From NCBI GenBank assembly GCA_024679065.1, contig JAGIQG010000031.1, forward strand, positions 19,778,001-19,842,000: a DNA stretch of 64,000 nucleotides, given 5' to 3'. Made by a program: the position numbers and the translations under genes. The notes under the pieces were generated by a model. It was given only the letters and a program-made list of their open reading frames with translations, was not told the origin of the DNA and made no database searches. Shown here one piece after another: positions 47,116 through 60,122 of this stretch. Source of the stretch: Sphyrna mokarran. Lineage: Eukaryota. Position 1 is the stretch's first letter, and every line of letters begins with the position of its first letter.

Positions 47116-49889
47116 CTGTAAAATGTCAGAAATAATGCCAGACGTTACAGTGGATTAAACCCGCAGTGTCCCACCGCACATTCCCATCCCGTTCAGCGGA
47201 TAGAGGAATCAATGAGAACATTAGACTGTGTCCAAACACAAACGCCACACCCGCTCCAAAAAAAACAGAGTGAATATTAAACCTGGTAACGAAGGGGAGG
47301 GGAAAACACCCGGAGTGAATATTAAATCGAGTAAAGAAGGGGAGGAGATTGCGAATGATGGTGACCAGAAGAAAACTATGGGTCAGATTCCAGGAATTTC
47401 CAGAGGATTGTGTGTATTTATTGAACAGTTTACTCATCTGGCCTGTTTTACTATAAAAATGTCTCTGCTCGGGCAGTGGCCCAAGCGGGGAATCAAACAC
47501 TGGTCTCTGGCTCTGTGAGACAACAGTGTTAAAGGCTGCGCCACCGTCCCGTCCCCAATTAATAACAATCCAAGGTTATTTTACGTCCGCCTTTTCAGGG
47601 AAACTGATTGGAAATGAGAGACTGCAGTAGGATTTTTACCTGAGCAGATGACACCGGCAGCTTTGGAGTCTGAATTTGGAGCATAGTCAAACCAAGCACA
47701 ATCCCACAAGGAGGCCTCATGCTCGTCGCACTCAATACTCTTTGGGAGAATTGATCCAGATCCTTCTCCAGAGTGAGCCTTGCCCGGTGCGGAGATCGCC
47801 GTCCCGCAGCCCATTTGCCGACGCAGAATAGCGGCTTCCCGCAAGTCCCAGAGATAATCCGGGACAGTCCTAAAAGGCTTATCGTCAAACTCTAACCCCT
47901 AGTTCTGGACTCCCTCACAAGCAGAGGCATTTTTTTCTGAGTGCCCTTGTTTAAAATATTCGTGTGATTTCGACTTCAATCTGATTGATGAGGTGGAAAT
48001 TGGGAGCAGTGTGAGTGAAGCTGATCCTTCACATTCTGTTCTTCAACGAGTCTCTTTTTTTATCTACTTGTTTGGCGACAACAGCACTCTGAATTGAAAT
48101 GAAAGCTCATTCAGAAGAGTGAACGCAACACAATCCCCACCATTGATAACCAGACAGCAGGTTAATCTATGATCAAAAAGATAATGAGATTGTGGACCAG
48201 CCTTCATATTTAACGAGGTGGGGCAATAACAGAGATAGCGAGTAACATAAAGAGACTTTACCTGGTTGGATAGTCTGATTGTCCCCAGGTCTGCCTGAAA
48301 CAAGAAGTTCAGAATTATAATCCACTGAGACAGGAAATGAAAGAAAAATCCAAATGTAACAAATGTGGGGTATGAATTTCCGATACTTTATGGAAGAAAT
48401 GACATCGGGATACATGATGACATCAGTTTCACATTCCCCATATTAAGAAAGCACAAATACGATTTCTCCAGCAATCCAACATTGACAATGTGCCAAAATA
48501 TAATCAAATTGATATCACATATACAGAATGACACCTGAGTACTTTCTGTCCTTGTGGGCGATTTTCTGTTCCTTCTGTAATCTTCCAGTGATCGGCCCTG
48601 TGTTAGCGGCTCAGTCTGTCCAATGACATTGAAATATGTGTACATTTTAAAGGCGGTGCAGTGTCCATGGCAATCTCAGTAACCACTCTGATAAAAAAGC
48701 TAAGTAGATATGGGATTCAGGTCGGGAGGTGGATTTGAGAGCAGGGAAAGATCAGCCATGATCTGATTGAATGGCGGAGCATGTTCCAAGGGTTCAATCA
48801 CCAATTTCTGTTCCTAATGCCTATGCTCCAACGTTCACTGGTGAATTCCAATTGGAGCAACTCGATCCTGATTTCATGAAGGGAAGGAAACATGATTTAA
48901 ATTAAATGCTCTGACTTTGACTGGTGACGGTTGACTTTTAAAAAAAGGTTTAATGCAAGCAACTTTCCACTTGGAACTCACAGGGCCCTAATTTACCATT
49001 TTCATTCAAAGTGCGAGGTGCACTTTGCCTGCAAAACTGTCAGCGATTCCGAATCTTGCTGCAGAAGTGTGTGGGCGGGGCTTAATGCGCCCTTTCACGG
49101 TGTAGGTCTATTCGGCGCAACCAATTGCGCATGCACAGAACGTGATAGACTACACTCCCCTGCCGCATCCCTTCCGGACCGGATAATACTATCTCCTTCT
49201 TCTAACAGAAATTGTCTCACCCCACAACATTACTGACCCTTTTATGTCCATGACCCCACCACCAGTCCGATGACAGGCCCCGCCCCCCCCCCCCCCCCCC
49301 CCCCCACTGATCTGAGGCAGAGTGGCAGCCGACCCCACTCACCCCCTCCCCCACAGATCTCAAGCAGTGAGCCGTAGGACTGTAGGTACCTACCAACTGT
49401 AGTACTGGAATCGGACTTTTATTGATCATTTCAGTTTTGTGCCAATTCTGGGTGAGCGGACACAATGCTAAAGGGGGAAATGCCAGTAAAGTTGGGCCTG
49501 CAGAATATTAAGTCAATTGAAATTTCACGAGTATTGGCGCAGCCATTTTGGAGTCTTGGTAAAGGGGGAATCGGGAGCGTAGGTGGACGCGGGTCTCGCT
49601 ACTGGTCTCTCGACTGACTTTATCCAGTTTTCGCTCCATAAAACGGGGTCAAAGAGATTGTAAAATCGGAACGAAAGTTTCTACAACGGGCACTCAGGAA
49701 GCTCTTGGAGTGAGTTAATTGCGAACATTCTCAAACTCAACAAGACCAATGGATTCACCACTATTCCTTTTCCGCTGGTTGCAATCATTCACCGAAATTT
49801 TACTACCTTACCCGCCACAGATTCGAAGTGGGTGTGTGTTGGAAATATCTGGGTGAAAGGTTCTGGTCTTGCTGGGGCGAAGATATAAA

Positions 49890-50869
49890 GTATCTATCTT
49901 TAGTCTGTATATAAAGCATCTTTACCTTCACTTAATCTACTTATTGTAGTAAATTTGAAATGAGTGATTTTAGTGCTGAAAGTTCGATATTAGTGACTTC
50001 CAGATAGTCATGGGCTTTTTCCAAGGATGAGAGTGTCAATTACAAGGAGGCACATGTATAAGGTGAGAGGGGGAAGGTTTAAGGGAGATGTGTGGGGGAA
50101 GTTATCATGGGGGGTGTCTGGAAGGTGTTGGCAGAAGAGATGGCGGAAGCAGGCACATTTAAGAGGCATCTGGATGGGTACATGAATAGGGAGAGAATAG
50201 AGGGATTGAGTAAGAGAAGTTTTTTTTTAGTTAGAACACAATGGGCTTATGGAGTCTTAGCTTTTATTGGTAGGGGGATTGAATTTAGGAGCCGCAGCAT
50301 CATGTTGAAGCTGTACAAAACTCTAGTGCGGCCGCACTTGGAGTATTGTGTGCAGTTCTGGTCGCCACATTATAAGAAAGATGTGGAGGCATTGGAGAGG
50401 GTACAGAGGAGGTTTACTAGGATGTTGCCTGGTATGGAGGGCAGGTCCTATGAAGAGAGGTTGAAGGATTTGAGGTTGTTTTCGTTAGAAAGGAGGCGGC
50501 TAAGGGGGGATCTTATTGAAGCATATAAGATAATTAGAGGTTTGGATAGGGTGGACAGTGATAGCCTTTTTCCTAGGATGGAGAAAGCTAGCACGAGGGG
50601 ACACAGCTTTAAATTAAGGGGTATGAGTTATAGGACGGATATCAGAGGTAGGTTCTTTACTCAAAGAGTGATTAGGGAGTGGAATGCCCTGCCTGCAGCT
50701 GTTGTAGATGCGCCAAGTTTGGTGGCGTTTAAGAGGTTAGTTGATAAGTATATGGATGAGAAGGGAATGGTTTAGTTAGGAGGGGCATTGCTTTTTATTT
50801 TGGTCGGCACAACATCGAAGGCCGAAGGGCCTGTTCTGTGCTGTATTGTTCTATGTTCTATGTTCTATG
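49890..50869 (+). mobile_element. Arm-specific insertion: ~350 bp foreign segment plus a young 5'-truncated CR1 (~50243-50869), probable 4-bp TSD TAAA
   Basis: Absent from the left arm at ~16160; open RT C-terminal frame to 50775; (GTTCTAT)3 tail. Confidence 0.9.
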
Positions 50870-52404
50870 TAAAATTCCGCTTATTAATTCCTACAGTCAG
50901 GTCGCTGTTGCAACCTATCCTCCACTGACCTGCCCTATTCTTCAACATGCTAATGATGTTTGATCATTATTCTTTAATGATTGCAGTTTGCTGCAATTTC
51001 AAAATGCTGTTAGGATGTAGCAAAGGAATATTGGACTTAACAGCAGGAGTAAACCATTCAGCTTGTCGAACCTACTCCGCCATTCAATAAGTCCATGGCT
51101 GTGTTGACTGTAGTTTCTACTCCATTTTGTTGTCTGCAACCCCCTCCATTAACAACCCTTCACTGCCTTGCCGATCCAAAATCGACCTCAATCCATCCTA
51201 ATTAGATTCAATAAGAGAGCCCCCACTGCATTCTGGGTGAGAATTCTGTAAAGTAACGACCCTCTGAGAGGAAAAGAATTCGCTTCATCTCCACCTTAAC
51301 ACGTAGACTTATTCTTAAACCGCACCCCCTTGTTAAAATCTAAGTGGAATATCTTCCTGATATCTAATCTATCCAAGTCTCTCAAGATCATCTCACTCTT
51401 CTAAATTCAAATGGATATGGGTCGAGAATATCCAATTTTCCTTCATTCAATAGGCCGCTCATCCCACGAATGCGTGAACATTCCCCGAACTATTATATAT
51501 TTTTCAAAGAAAGCCAACATTCTGCGCATGAATCCAGATATAGCCTCCTTCTTTTAGAATAAACATTCTATGAACTTATGGTCCAGACTACATTTGCTGA
51601 TATGATTCGCCCAAGCTACGTGCAAATTTCACTCATTCATGATTATTGCAGTACTTTTTTTTCGAGTCCCATTGATTTTTACGTGCGCCCTTTGGTACCC
51701 ACAGTTAATGGTCCTCTGTGCCACTCCCACGTGTGATATTTCACCGTTACTATTTGTCATCTGTATTCAAGCGGATCTACACCTGCTCTCCAGCTACTGT
51801 AACAATGACGTCCTTTTATTTACACAGTGATTTCATTCCCTTTTCATCGCTTCCTATCACTTGAAAATGTCACATACTTTTCAATATATAGGTCTAAGCC
51901 TCGGCCTCCTTATACTGACTCCCAAGTCAGTATACTTATTTCTATCAATGCTACCATGTTTTTGAGTGCTACAAGCCCCTCTGTATTTCCATCTTGTTAC
52001 TATTTCTGCAGTTTCCGGCCTCATCTGCTGCGATACTCATAAACTTGATTTATCTGTCCCTTCGTGTCCCAATTGTTAACTAAATCACCACTCTGTTACC
52101 TTGTTATTTTCCACTGATTTACCACATGCCCTCTTACATTATCCCTTGCCCACACTTTTTCTTTGAAAGTCCTCGTTGCCACTCTATTTATACAACACAC
52201 CAGGACACAGGTCCAACACAGGTCAGTTGAAAGATGTCCCAATCGTACAACACCCACTTTCTGCAATGCAGCTGCCAGTGTCCAGGAAAGGAAATCTATT
52301 TTTTCATAACAATCTTCAAGCCACGTACTTAATCTTTCAATTCCCCAACTACTTGTCTCTTTCTGTTCTTGCTTCTGTCATGTAATTAATATATTAGTTT
52401 TTAT

Positions 52405-52760
52405 AGGCAAGGCGGTAGCTTAGTGGTGTTATCACAAGACTATTGATTCAGAAACTTATGGTCTGGGGGCCAAGGTTCGAATTCTACCTGGCAGGTGGTG
52501 TAATTTGAACTCAATTAAATAAAATCTGGAATTATATTGTACGATCATGCAACCATTGCCCCTGTAGGAAACACTCATCTGTTTCAAAATGTCCTGCAGG
52601 GGAGGAAATATGCCGTTCTCACCCGATATGGCCTATATGTAACTCCAGAGCCACAGCAATGTCGTTGACTTAACTGCCCTTCAAAGGTGATTAGGATTTG
52701 ATAATAAATGCTGACCCAGCCAGCGATACCCACGTCACGCAAATGAATTTTAAAAAACTC
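52405..52760 (+). mobile_element. Deu-type SINE (mirror of 14300-14650)
   Basis: Reverse complement of the left-arm copy. Confidence 0.75.
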
Positions 52761-53324
52761 TGTCTGCCAGCATCCTGAAATTCCCCCTCCAACCCACTGA
52801 AAGACCAGGGGAAATAATCTTTCTTTGTCCCAAAAAGGTTCACAATCTCAACATTTCAGTGACGTATCGGTGAAGATGGATGGATCTACTTCAATCCATT
52901 CAGTTTTCTCTCCATATGCTTCCTGTTTATATCCTTTCAACCCTCATTGTACTGATGAATTCCTCTTATGTTTTTTGATTCTCATTCTGTTCTAATAACT
53001 CAATGTTTCAAGAGCAGACCTTTATCCAGTTTATCTACATATCTAGGGCTGCCCAAGGCATGAAAGTGAAAAGCAATCATCTGCAAGACTGATTCCTATT
53101 CGTGCTCATTCCTCTGGGCTTATTAACTCACATAAATTTCATTCATTTTCCTTTCTCGGGCATACTGCTTCACCACGAATGATCTGCACGAATCAATTTT
53201 CTCCCAGGTCCCTTGTCATAGTGTCTGATCCGCTGGTTTGGTTAAATGTTGAAAGTATTTATTTGTCCCAATCACCGATATATGCATAGATGTTAAACAA
53301 ATACACAGAAGTTAAATTAATGTG

Positions 53325-53600
53325 GGTGGCATGGTGGTACTGAAGGAACACGGATTCAGTTCCTGGCTTGGGTCACTATCTGTGTGGTGACTGAACGCTG
53401 TCCCATATCTGCGTGGGTTTCCTCCAGTTTCACCCCACAGTCCCAAAAGTGTGCTGATTAAGTTCATTAGCCATGCCAAATTCTATGTGCACCGGAACAG
53501 CACCGGAGTTTGGTGATGAGGTGATTTTCATCGTAATTTCTTTGCAGTGTTAATGCAAGCCATTGTTGATACTAAGAAATAAACTTAAAAACTTAAAACT
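53325..53600 (+). mobile_element. HE1-related SINE (mirror of 13480-13735)
   Basis: Reverse complement of the left-arm copy. Confidence 0.75.
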
Positions 53601-53984
53601 CACGATTTCTACCATCTCCTCGTCAGATGACAAACTCTTTAAACTACAGCTGATTGTAAATCCTGCGGCAGGTATCCTGTCGCGCATGTACCATTCACCA
53701 AACTAATCTGCTTCCCTGACTACAGTAGCTGCATTCCAGAACCCTGCAAATTTCACTCCTGGCACCGCTGCTTAATTGCCAAAATTTGAAAGTTATTTTA
53801 AAACGTTGCACTTCAGTTAATCACATCTTCTTAAGGCAAACAACCAATCGGTAATATTAGTATAAGCAACAGGAAACTCAGAGGACGCAAACTAATGCAG
53901 AATAAAATGGGGAATTTCATGGACCGTAATTTCACTTGCTGATTGAGATGTGAAATACTGATATTCTAATTTGGAAATTAGCTA

Positions 53985-55700
53985 CATAAGGCAATAAGAC
54001 ATAAGAGCAGAATTAAGCCATTCGGCCCATTGAGTATGCTCCACCATTCAATCATGTCGGATATGTTTTACATTCTCATTCTCCCGCCTTTTCCCCATAA
54101 CACCTGATCTCCTTATTAATCAAGATCTATCCATCTCTGTTTAAAAACTCTCAATGACGTGGCCTCCACAGCCTTGTGCAGCAAAGATTTCCACAGATTG
54201 ATCATTTCAGTCCTCCGGGATCTTCCTGCCTCCTGTGATTCCTGAAATATCACCACCAATCCCTCCAAAATTTCCTCACCTATCAATGTTAACACCCTGA
54301 GGTATAGTTCACCAGGTCCAGGTGATTTATCCACCATTCAGTCATTCCAGAACCTTCTCCTTCGTGATGCCCACTACACTCACCTATGCCCCTGATTCTC
54401 TGGTGCTCTGTCATCCCACTGGAATCTTCCACCATGAAAATTGATGGAAGGTAACTATTCAGTTATAGAGTGATAGAGCCATAGAGTCCTAAAGGTTTAC
54501 AGCATGGAAACAGATCCTTCAGCCAACTTGTCGATGCTGCCCTTTTTGTTTCTCTCTGCCATTTCTTTGTTTCCTGTATTATTACCTCTCCAATCTAATT
54601 TTTCAGTGGCCAATGTCTGTTTTTGCTTTTTTCTTACCTTTTAGATATTAAAAAAATACTCTTCCTATGTTCTTTTATATTACTGACTAGCTTACACTCA
54701 TATCTCATCTTCTCTCATCTTACTGCTTATTTAGTTGTCCTCTGTTCACTTTTAAAGACTTTCCAATCCCCTGGCTTCCCACTAATCCCCACCTCGTTGT
54801 ATGAACTGTCTCCTTTTATGCTGTCCTTGACTTCACTCTTTAGCCATGGATGCCTCGTTCTCCCCTTTATATTTTTCTTCCATCTTGGTCTGAATTTTTG
54901 TTGTCCTCCCGAATAGTCCCCAAAATTAATGTTTCACTGTCTTCCCTGCAAGCTTGCTTTTTCAATCATGTCTGGCCAGCTCCTCCACATGTCTTTGTAG
55001 TTGCCTGTATTTGACTGTGTTCTCTTCAATCTGATTCCAGCTTCCCCCTCTCAAACTGCAGGGTAATTTCCATCATATTGAGATCACTGCTCTGAGGGTT
55101 TCTTCACCTTAAGTTCCCTAATCAAGTCTGCTCCATTCCGCATCACCAAATCCAGAATTGCCTGTTCCCTGGTAGACTCTGTCACAAGCTGCTCCAATAA
55201 TTCATCTATCTCTTAAACATTTCACAAACTCCATTTCTTGGATCCATTGCCTACCTGATTTTCCCAGCCCTCCTGCATATTGAAGCCTTTCATGATTATT
55301 GTAATATTGCCTTAAATAATATGCATTTTCTGCCTCTTGATTGGTTTTCTGCCCCATATTGACCACCACGACAGAGCCCGTACATAACTCCCATGTGGAT
55401 CTTTGTGTCTTTGCCATTCTTTATCGCTATCCACAGAATTCTATGCCTTCTGATCCTATATCGCTTCTTGCAATTGATTTAATTTCATTCCTTACCAACG
55501 GAGCCATCCTGTCCCCTTTGCATATATGCCTGTCTTTTCGATGGGACCAATATCTTGGATATTGAGATTCCAGACCTGATCCCCTTGCAGCCATGTCTCT
55601 GTGAGATCCACAACATATACCGGCCAATTTCAAAGTGTGCAACAAGCTCACTTATCCTTTTCCGTATATTGTGCGCATTTAGGTACAACATCCTCAGAGA
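53985..55700 (-). mobile_element. Old CR1 (mirror of 11370-13082)
   Basis: Mirrored ORF remnants 54116-54337 and 55485-55691. Confidence 0.85.
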
Positions 55701-58700
55701 TAAATTCCCTTCTCAGACTTATCACCTTTTTTGCTCTGCCTGAAGTTAGATTCCTGCTATCTTCTATACTTTCTTTTCTATTAAATGGCTTGGAAACTCT
55801 ATTTTACAAGGGCGATTTTAAAATTACAAAATGCAGTGAATAATGTTTCCCAGATCATGTTTCTCCAGCACATTATTAGCTGCATGAAGAATTGAAATCA
55901 TTGCTTTATATTAATCAGCTATGTCTTATCTGAACAAGTTCCGAAGCTGAGCAGGATATAGAAAGCAGATTATTTTTTCACGATATGAGAATTATCCTTC
56001 AATACGCCATTGAAACAGCAGACATGAAGAATCCAGACAAATATCTCACTTTTGAATGGACGTACCTTATATTAAGGTCTTTCCCTACACCCAGAGACAG
56101 CAATGCTCTATTATACTGCACTCTCTCCTTTCCTTCTCCCCTGTGTATTATATAAATGGTATGTTCTCTCTGTATAGCGTGCATATTTTTCCTGTGTATT
56201 AATGAATGTGCCAATATTAAATTAAATCAAATCAAATCAATAGTGCTATCAGTAACTTCCAAATACCAAACTCCAAATTCCTATGCATGTGCCTGAGTAA
56301 ACGTTATCGTGGTCAGAATATAGCCAAACGTAAAGCAAAAATTTTACAGGACCCATGCAAATTGTTCTGGTCACAATCAGTCGAAGATAAACATGCAAAA
56401 GGATTTGTTAACAAAGTGACCAGAACATAGACCATTTGAAAGGAGATGAAATAACATACACTGGGCCGGGAATAGACCGTAGGGCCGGCCAAGTTTGCTG
56501 TATGATTCAGTAATGTGTTTGCTGGTCCACTGTCCCAAATCTTCATTGGTGCCCTCCCTCTCCCAATAGACGACGAACACAGAATTTGATCTTAAGAGAC
56601 CAAAAGCACGAATTATCTTAAGACACTGTGCATGACATCCAAAGTTAGTTTGACGTCACAGGCAGACACATACAGCAAATCATACCTGAGCAATGGAATA
56701 CTTTTGGGACATGTCATTGACTCCAATTCCATTAATAATTAAAATCAATGAAACGATATTGTTTTCCAGATCAATACATACAATATTTATCACATTTTTG
56801 CAATCTGTGCAAACTATTTTTACTGTGTTTTACTGTGTTTCAGCCTTCACACTGAACTTGCACTGCGAAACTCCGGGGACCGAAATCTCAATGCGGGTCG
56901 ATTCGGCAGTCGGTCCAGTTGCTCCGTGGTTGAATGATGCTCTTGCTGATCTATTATCCCGAATATTTCCGATTCCCATACCCTCTATTCCAATATTGAC
57001 GACTTCCTATAACTAGGCGCCACTTGATATTTTAACTCCAGCCTGTTTCGTCTCTTCAAAGCGATTGGAGAGAAAAGGAGAGAAGCGGCTGCGGGATTAT
57101 TTTCAATAAGAAATCTAAACATGACGAAAATCTCAAAGGCAAATTCCATTACCTCAACTATAATGCACGTTTTTTACTGTCCGTGGCAGAAATGAAGACC
57201 GATTGTCTTATTTGAATTTGATGCACTTGAATATAAAATAGTATCTAACATGTGTTGAATGATAAATCTAGCTGAGATTAATTCCGAGTTTGTGATTAGT
57301 TAGTGGTGATATTCAAAATGATCACCTTTAATATTGTTTGAAGTATTCGATTCATTTTGATACAGACATTGCCTTGTGTTAATTTAACATTCCTGATCCA
57401 TCTTATATCTGATTAACAAGCATTTTAATCTCCCAATTTAACATTTAAACAAAAATTGAACACCAGTGCTGCTGCGGTTTGCTTTACTTGGTCCTCCGTG
57501 GCTCTTGCAAAGACAAGCAGACAGAAAACGAAATCCTAATTAAACTAGTTGGACCCAACAAGCTCGAAGTGGCGACTTCAGGGATCGAGAAGCCTGCAGT
57601 GTTAGTTAACCTCCGTGAGTGTACAACACTAGCCCAAGCTAGACGTCCTGCCCGACTGAACTCAAGAAGGCCTTTCTATCGCAATATTGTGCAACAAAGA
57701 TGCAATCGCAAACCGAGAGAAATACCGAATGGCACTCGATGATAATATTAATAAATATTTAAATAAATAAATCATATACAAATCATATAAATCACTTTAA
57801 ATAAATCCAATATTCAGTAACTGCACAAAGTATCAGGAAGCCGTGGCAGAAAGTGTCCCTCTTGGCATACCAGGATGTTTTATAATATAAAGATCAACAA
57901 ATGTAACCAAACACATTGGCTCAATGTGCACACATTGGAATGAGTGAGGACCTGAATCGGAAAAGCACTGAGCAACTCAATAAGACATATCGAGAAGGCG
58001 GAAAGTTGATAAAAATAAGTTTCCATGTAATTCAACACGTGATAATGTATAAATATATATGTGGAAAATATGGACGATTGAGGAAGTTTAAATTAGCACA
58101 AGGCACTGTATGTATAAATAAATGAAGTATTATATATTAAACAACTTTTGAAGTCACCAAGCGGAGTCCAGATGACAAAAGAATGTCGGAGTCGAAACGT
58201 CAGTCTTTCCTTTCCTTACAGATGCTGCCGAAGTTGCTGAGATTTTCCAGCATTTTCTCTTTTGGTTTCAGATTCCACCAACGGCAGTGATTTGCTTTGA
58301 TAGAAATATTAAATACGGTTTTGAATAAAAAGTTGCACCTCCAGCTTAGCTGCCATTTTGCAACGCTTCAGGGCTGCACAAAGTGAGCAAATACTTTAAT
58401 TGGATTAAATGTACCGCATGGTATTCAGACAATACTGATGCTGAGAAATATCTACGATAGAACCGTCTGTGTCGGATCGGTCGGGAGTCCGTGCAGTTCT
58501 GCCTGGAGTCTGCACTCAGTGAGTTAACATATACTCAAACTGAAATACAATCTGATCTAATAAAAATCGGACACTACCTCTCGAACGCTGGCTTCAAACT
58601 GTAGGTTAGAATTTCATTTCTGAACTGTTGTTTCTGCACGAAGCGACAGCGTACAAAACACGGCGGGCTGCTGTGGCACTTGCATTTGCTTTCGCTTTTA

Positions 58701-59094
58701 AATCTAATTTTGTCACAACTCTTGCCCGTCAGTATTGCAGTTAGTTGTGAAATATTCGAGACTCAAAAGTTTCTCCAGAAATGATTTCACTTGTCAGCTC
58801 AAGTTCAATGTTTCCCCGTAGGTGAAAAGGGACTGGGTTCGACTGCTCTTCAAAGGTTTGAGCCGAAAGACTGGGCTTAACTCCACTGGGGATGTACCAA
58901 ACTATCGGAGCTGCTCTCGATTGAATGAGCCGCTATTCGGGCGCCCGACTGCCCTCTTAGGTACAAGATTTCGAAGAAGTGCCAGACAGCTTCTTCTCGC
59001 CAATATTAACCGATCAACCAACATCACAAATAAATGAGTCTGGTTATTATCAGACTCATTTGTTCTTGTTTGTTGCACCTTGCTCTACCGAAAG

Positions 59095-59365
59095 TAGCAC
59101 AGTGGTTAGCACTGCTGTCTCACAGTACCAGGCTCACGGGTTCCATACCCGGCTTTGGGTCATTCTGTTGCACGCTCTCCCCCTATCTGCATGATTTTTC
59201 TCCTGGTGCTAAGATTTCCGCCCCCAGTTTAAAAGCTGTGTTGTTAGGTGCAATGGCCATGATAAATTCTCCCTCAGTGTATCTGAATAAATGCTGGAAT
59301 GTGTCGACTGGGATATTTTCACAGTAAACTCATCGCAGTGTTAATGTAAGCCTGCTTGTGCATTA
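59095..59365 (+). mobile_element. HE1-related SINE inside the right-arm-only segment 58853-59898
   Basis: gtagcacagtggttagcactgctgtctcacag head; ttttcacagtaaac...gtgttaatgtaagcct tail. Confidence 0.8.
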
Positions 59366-60076
59366 ATGCAATGTCTCCTTTCCTATTGTGCTAAAATATA
59401 TGCGGTTATTTGAATATTTTCGAGCAACGCGGCGATTTGACATAAACTTCCTTGGCATACCCCGAAGTCTAAAAGGCGATATTAATGCCAGCATTTAGTT
59501 TTTTACAGAAAAGTAAGAGATTTCCCCAATTGCGGTTGATGGAATTTAAATGTGAACCAATCAATCCACAACATATATCAGATGAGGTTCTACAAATTCA
59601 CCAAACTATTTCAATATCAGTCGATCGCAATAAACAGCAGATTATAAAGTAGATGGTTTTCTGTAAAATGGCCCCAAGCACCTGTTGCCGAAGTGACTGC
59701 ACTCGATGTACGACAGACGCAGTTTCAATAAACCAGTTACATTTTTAATTCCAGTCTGCCCTGTGCACCAAAGTCGCAAATGGAACTCGCGTTAGCAACA
59801 TTTTTTGACATCTCATTAAATTACCCACAATAAAATCAAAACCCAAGAAAATATTATTTTCTTTGCAATCCGCTCATTACGTTCTGTTAGTGAAGGCAGT
59901 TATTATATTAATGCACATATTTTAGTAATGTTCAATGTATCAATAATGCACACACTTCAGGAATGCTGAATGTTTAACAATACGAACATTTCAGTAATGT
60001 TCAATGCATCAAAAATGCACACATTTCAATTGTGCACTACGCATTATTAGATAAGTGAATACCTTCAATCACTTAC

Positions 60077-60122
60077 AGTTTAAAAGCTGCAGCAGAATGA
60101 AGATCAGACGAGGCAACAACAT
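60077..60122 (-). CDS. Signal-peptide exon of the inverted copy
   Basis: Identical MLLPRLIFILLQLLN with gtaagt donor. Confidence 0.6.

Larger units (their letters stand above)
46807..60122 (-). pseudogene. Partial inverted paralog of the SRCR gene: signal exon 60122-60077, linker 48294-48262, pseudo-exon 47869-47640, one SRCR exon 47115-46807; no downstream exons seen
   Basis: Splice sites and reading frames intact; homology stops ~250 bp into the next intron. Confidence 0.7.

Noticed and set aside
50092-50775. 227-aa ORF as a novel gene
   Set aside because: Chance in-frame fusion of a decayed CR1 piece with a 5'-truncated CR1 RT tail; it starts at GTG and lacks the catalytic core.
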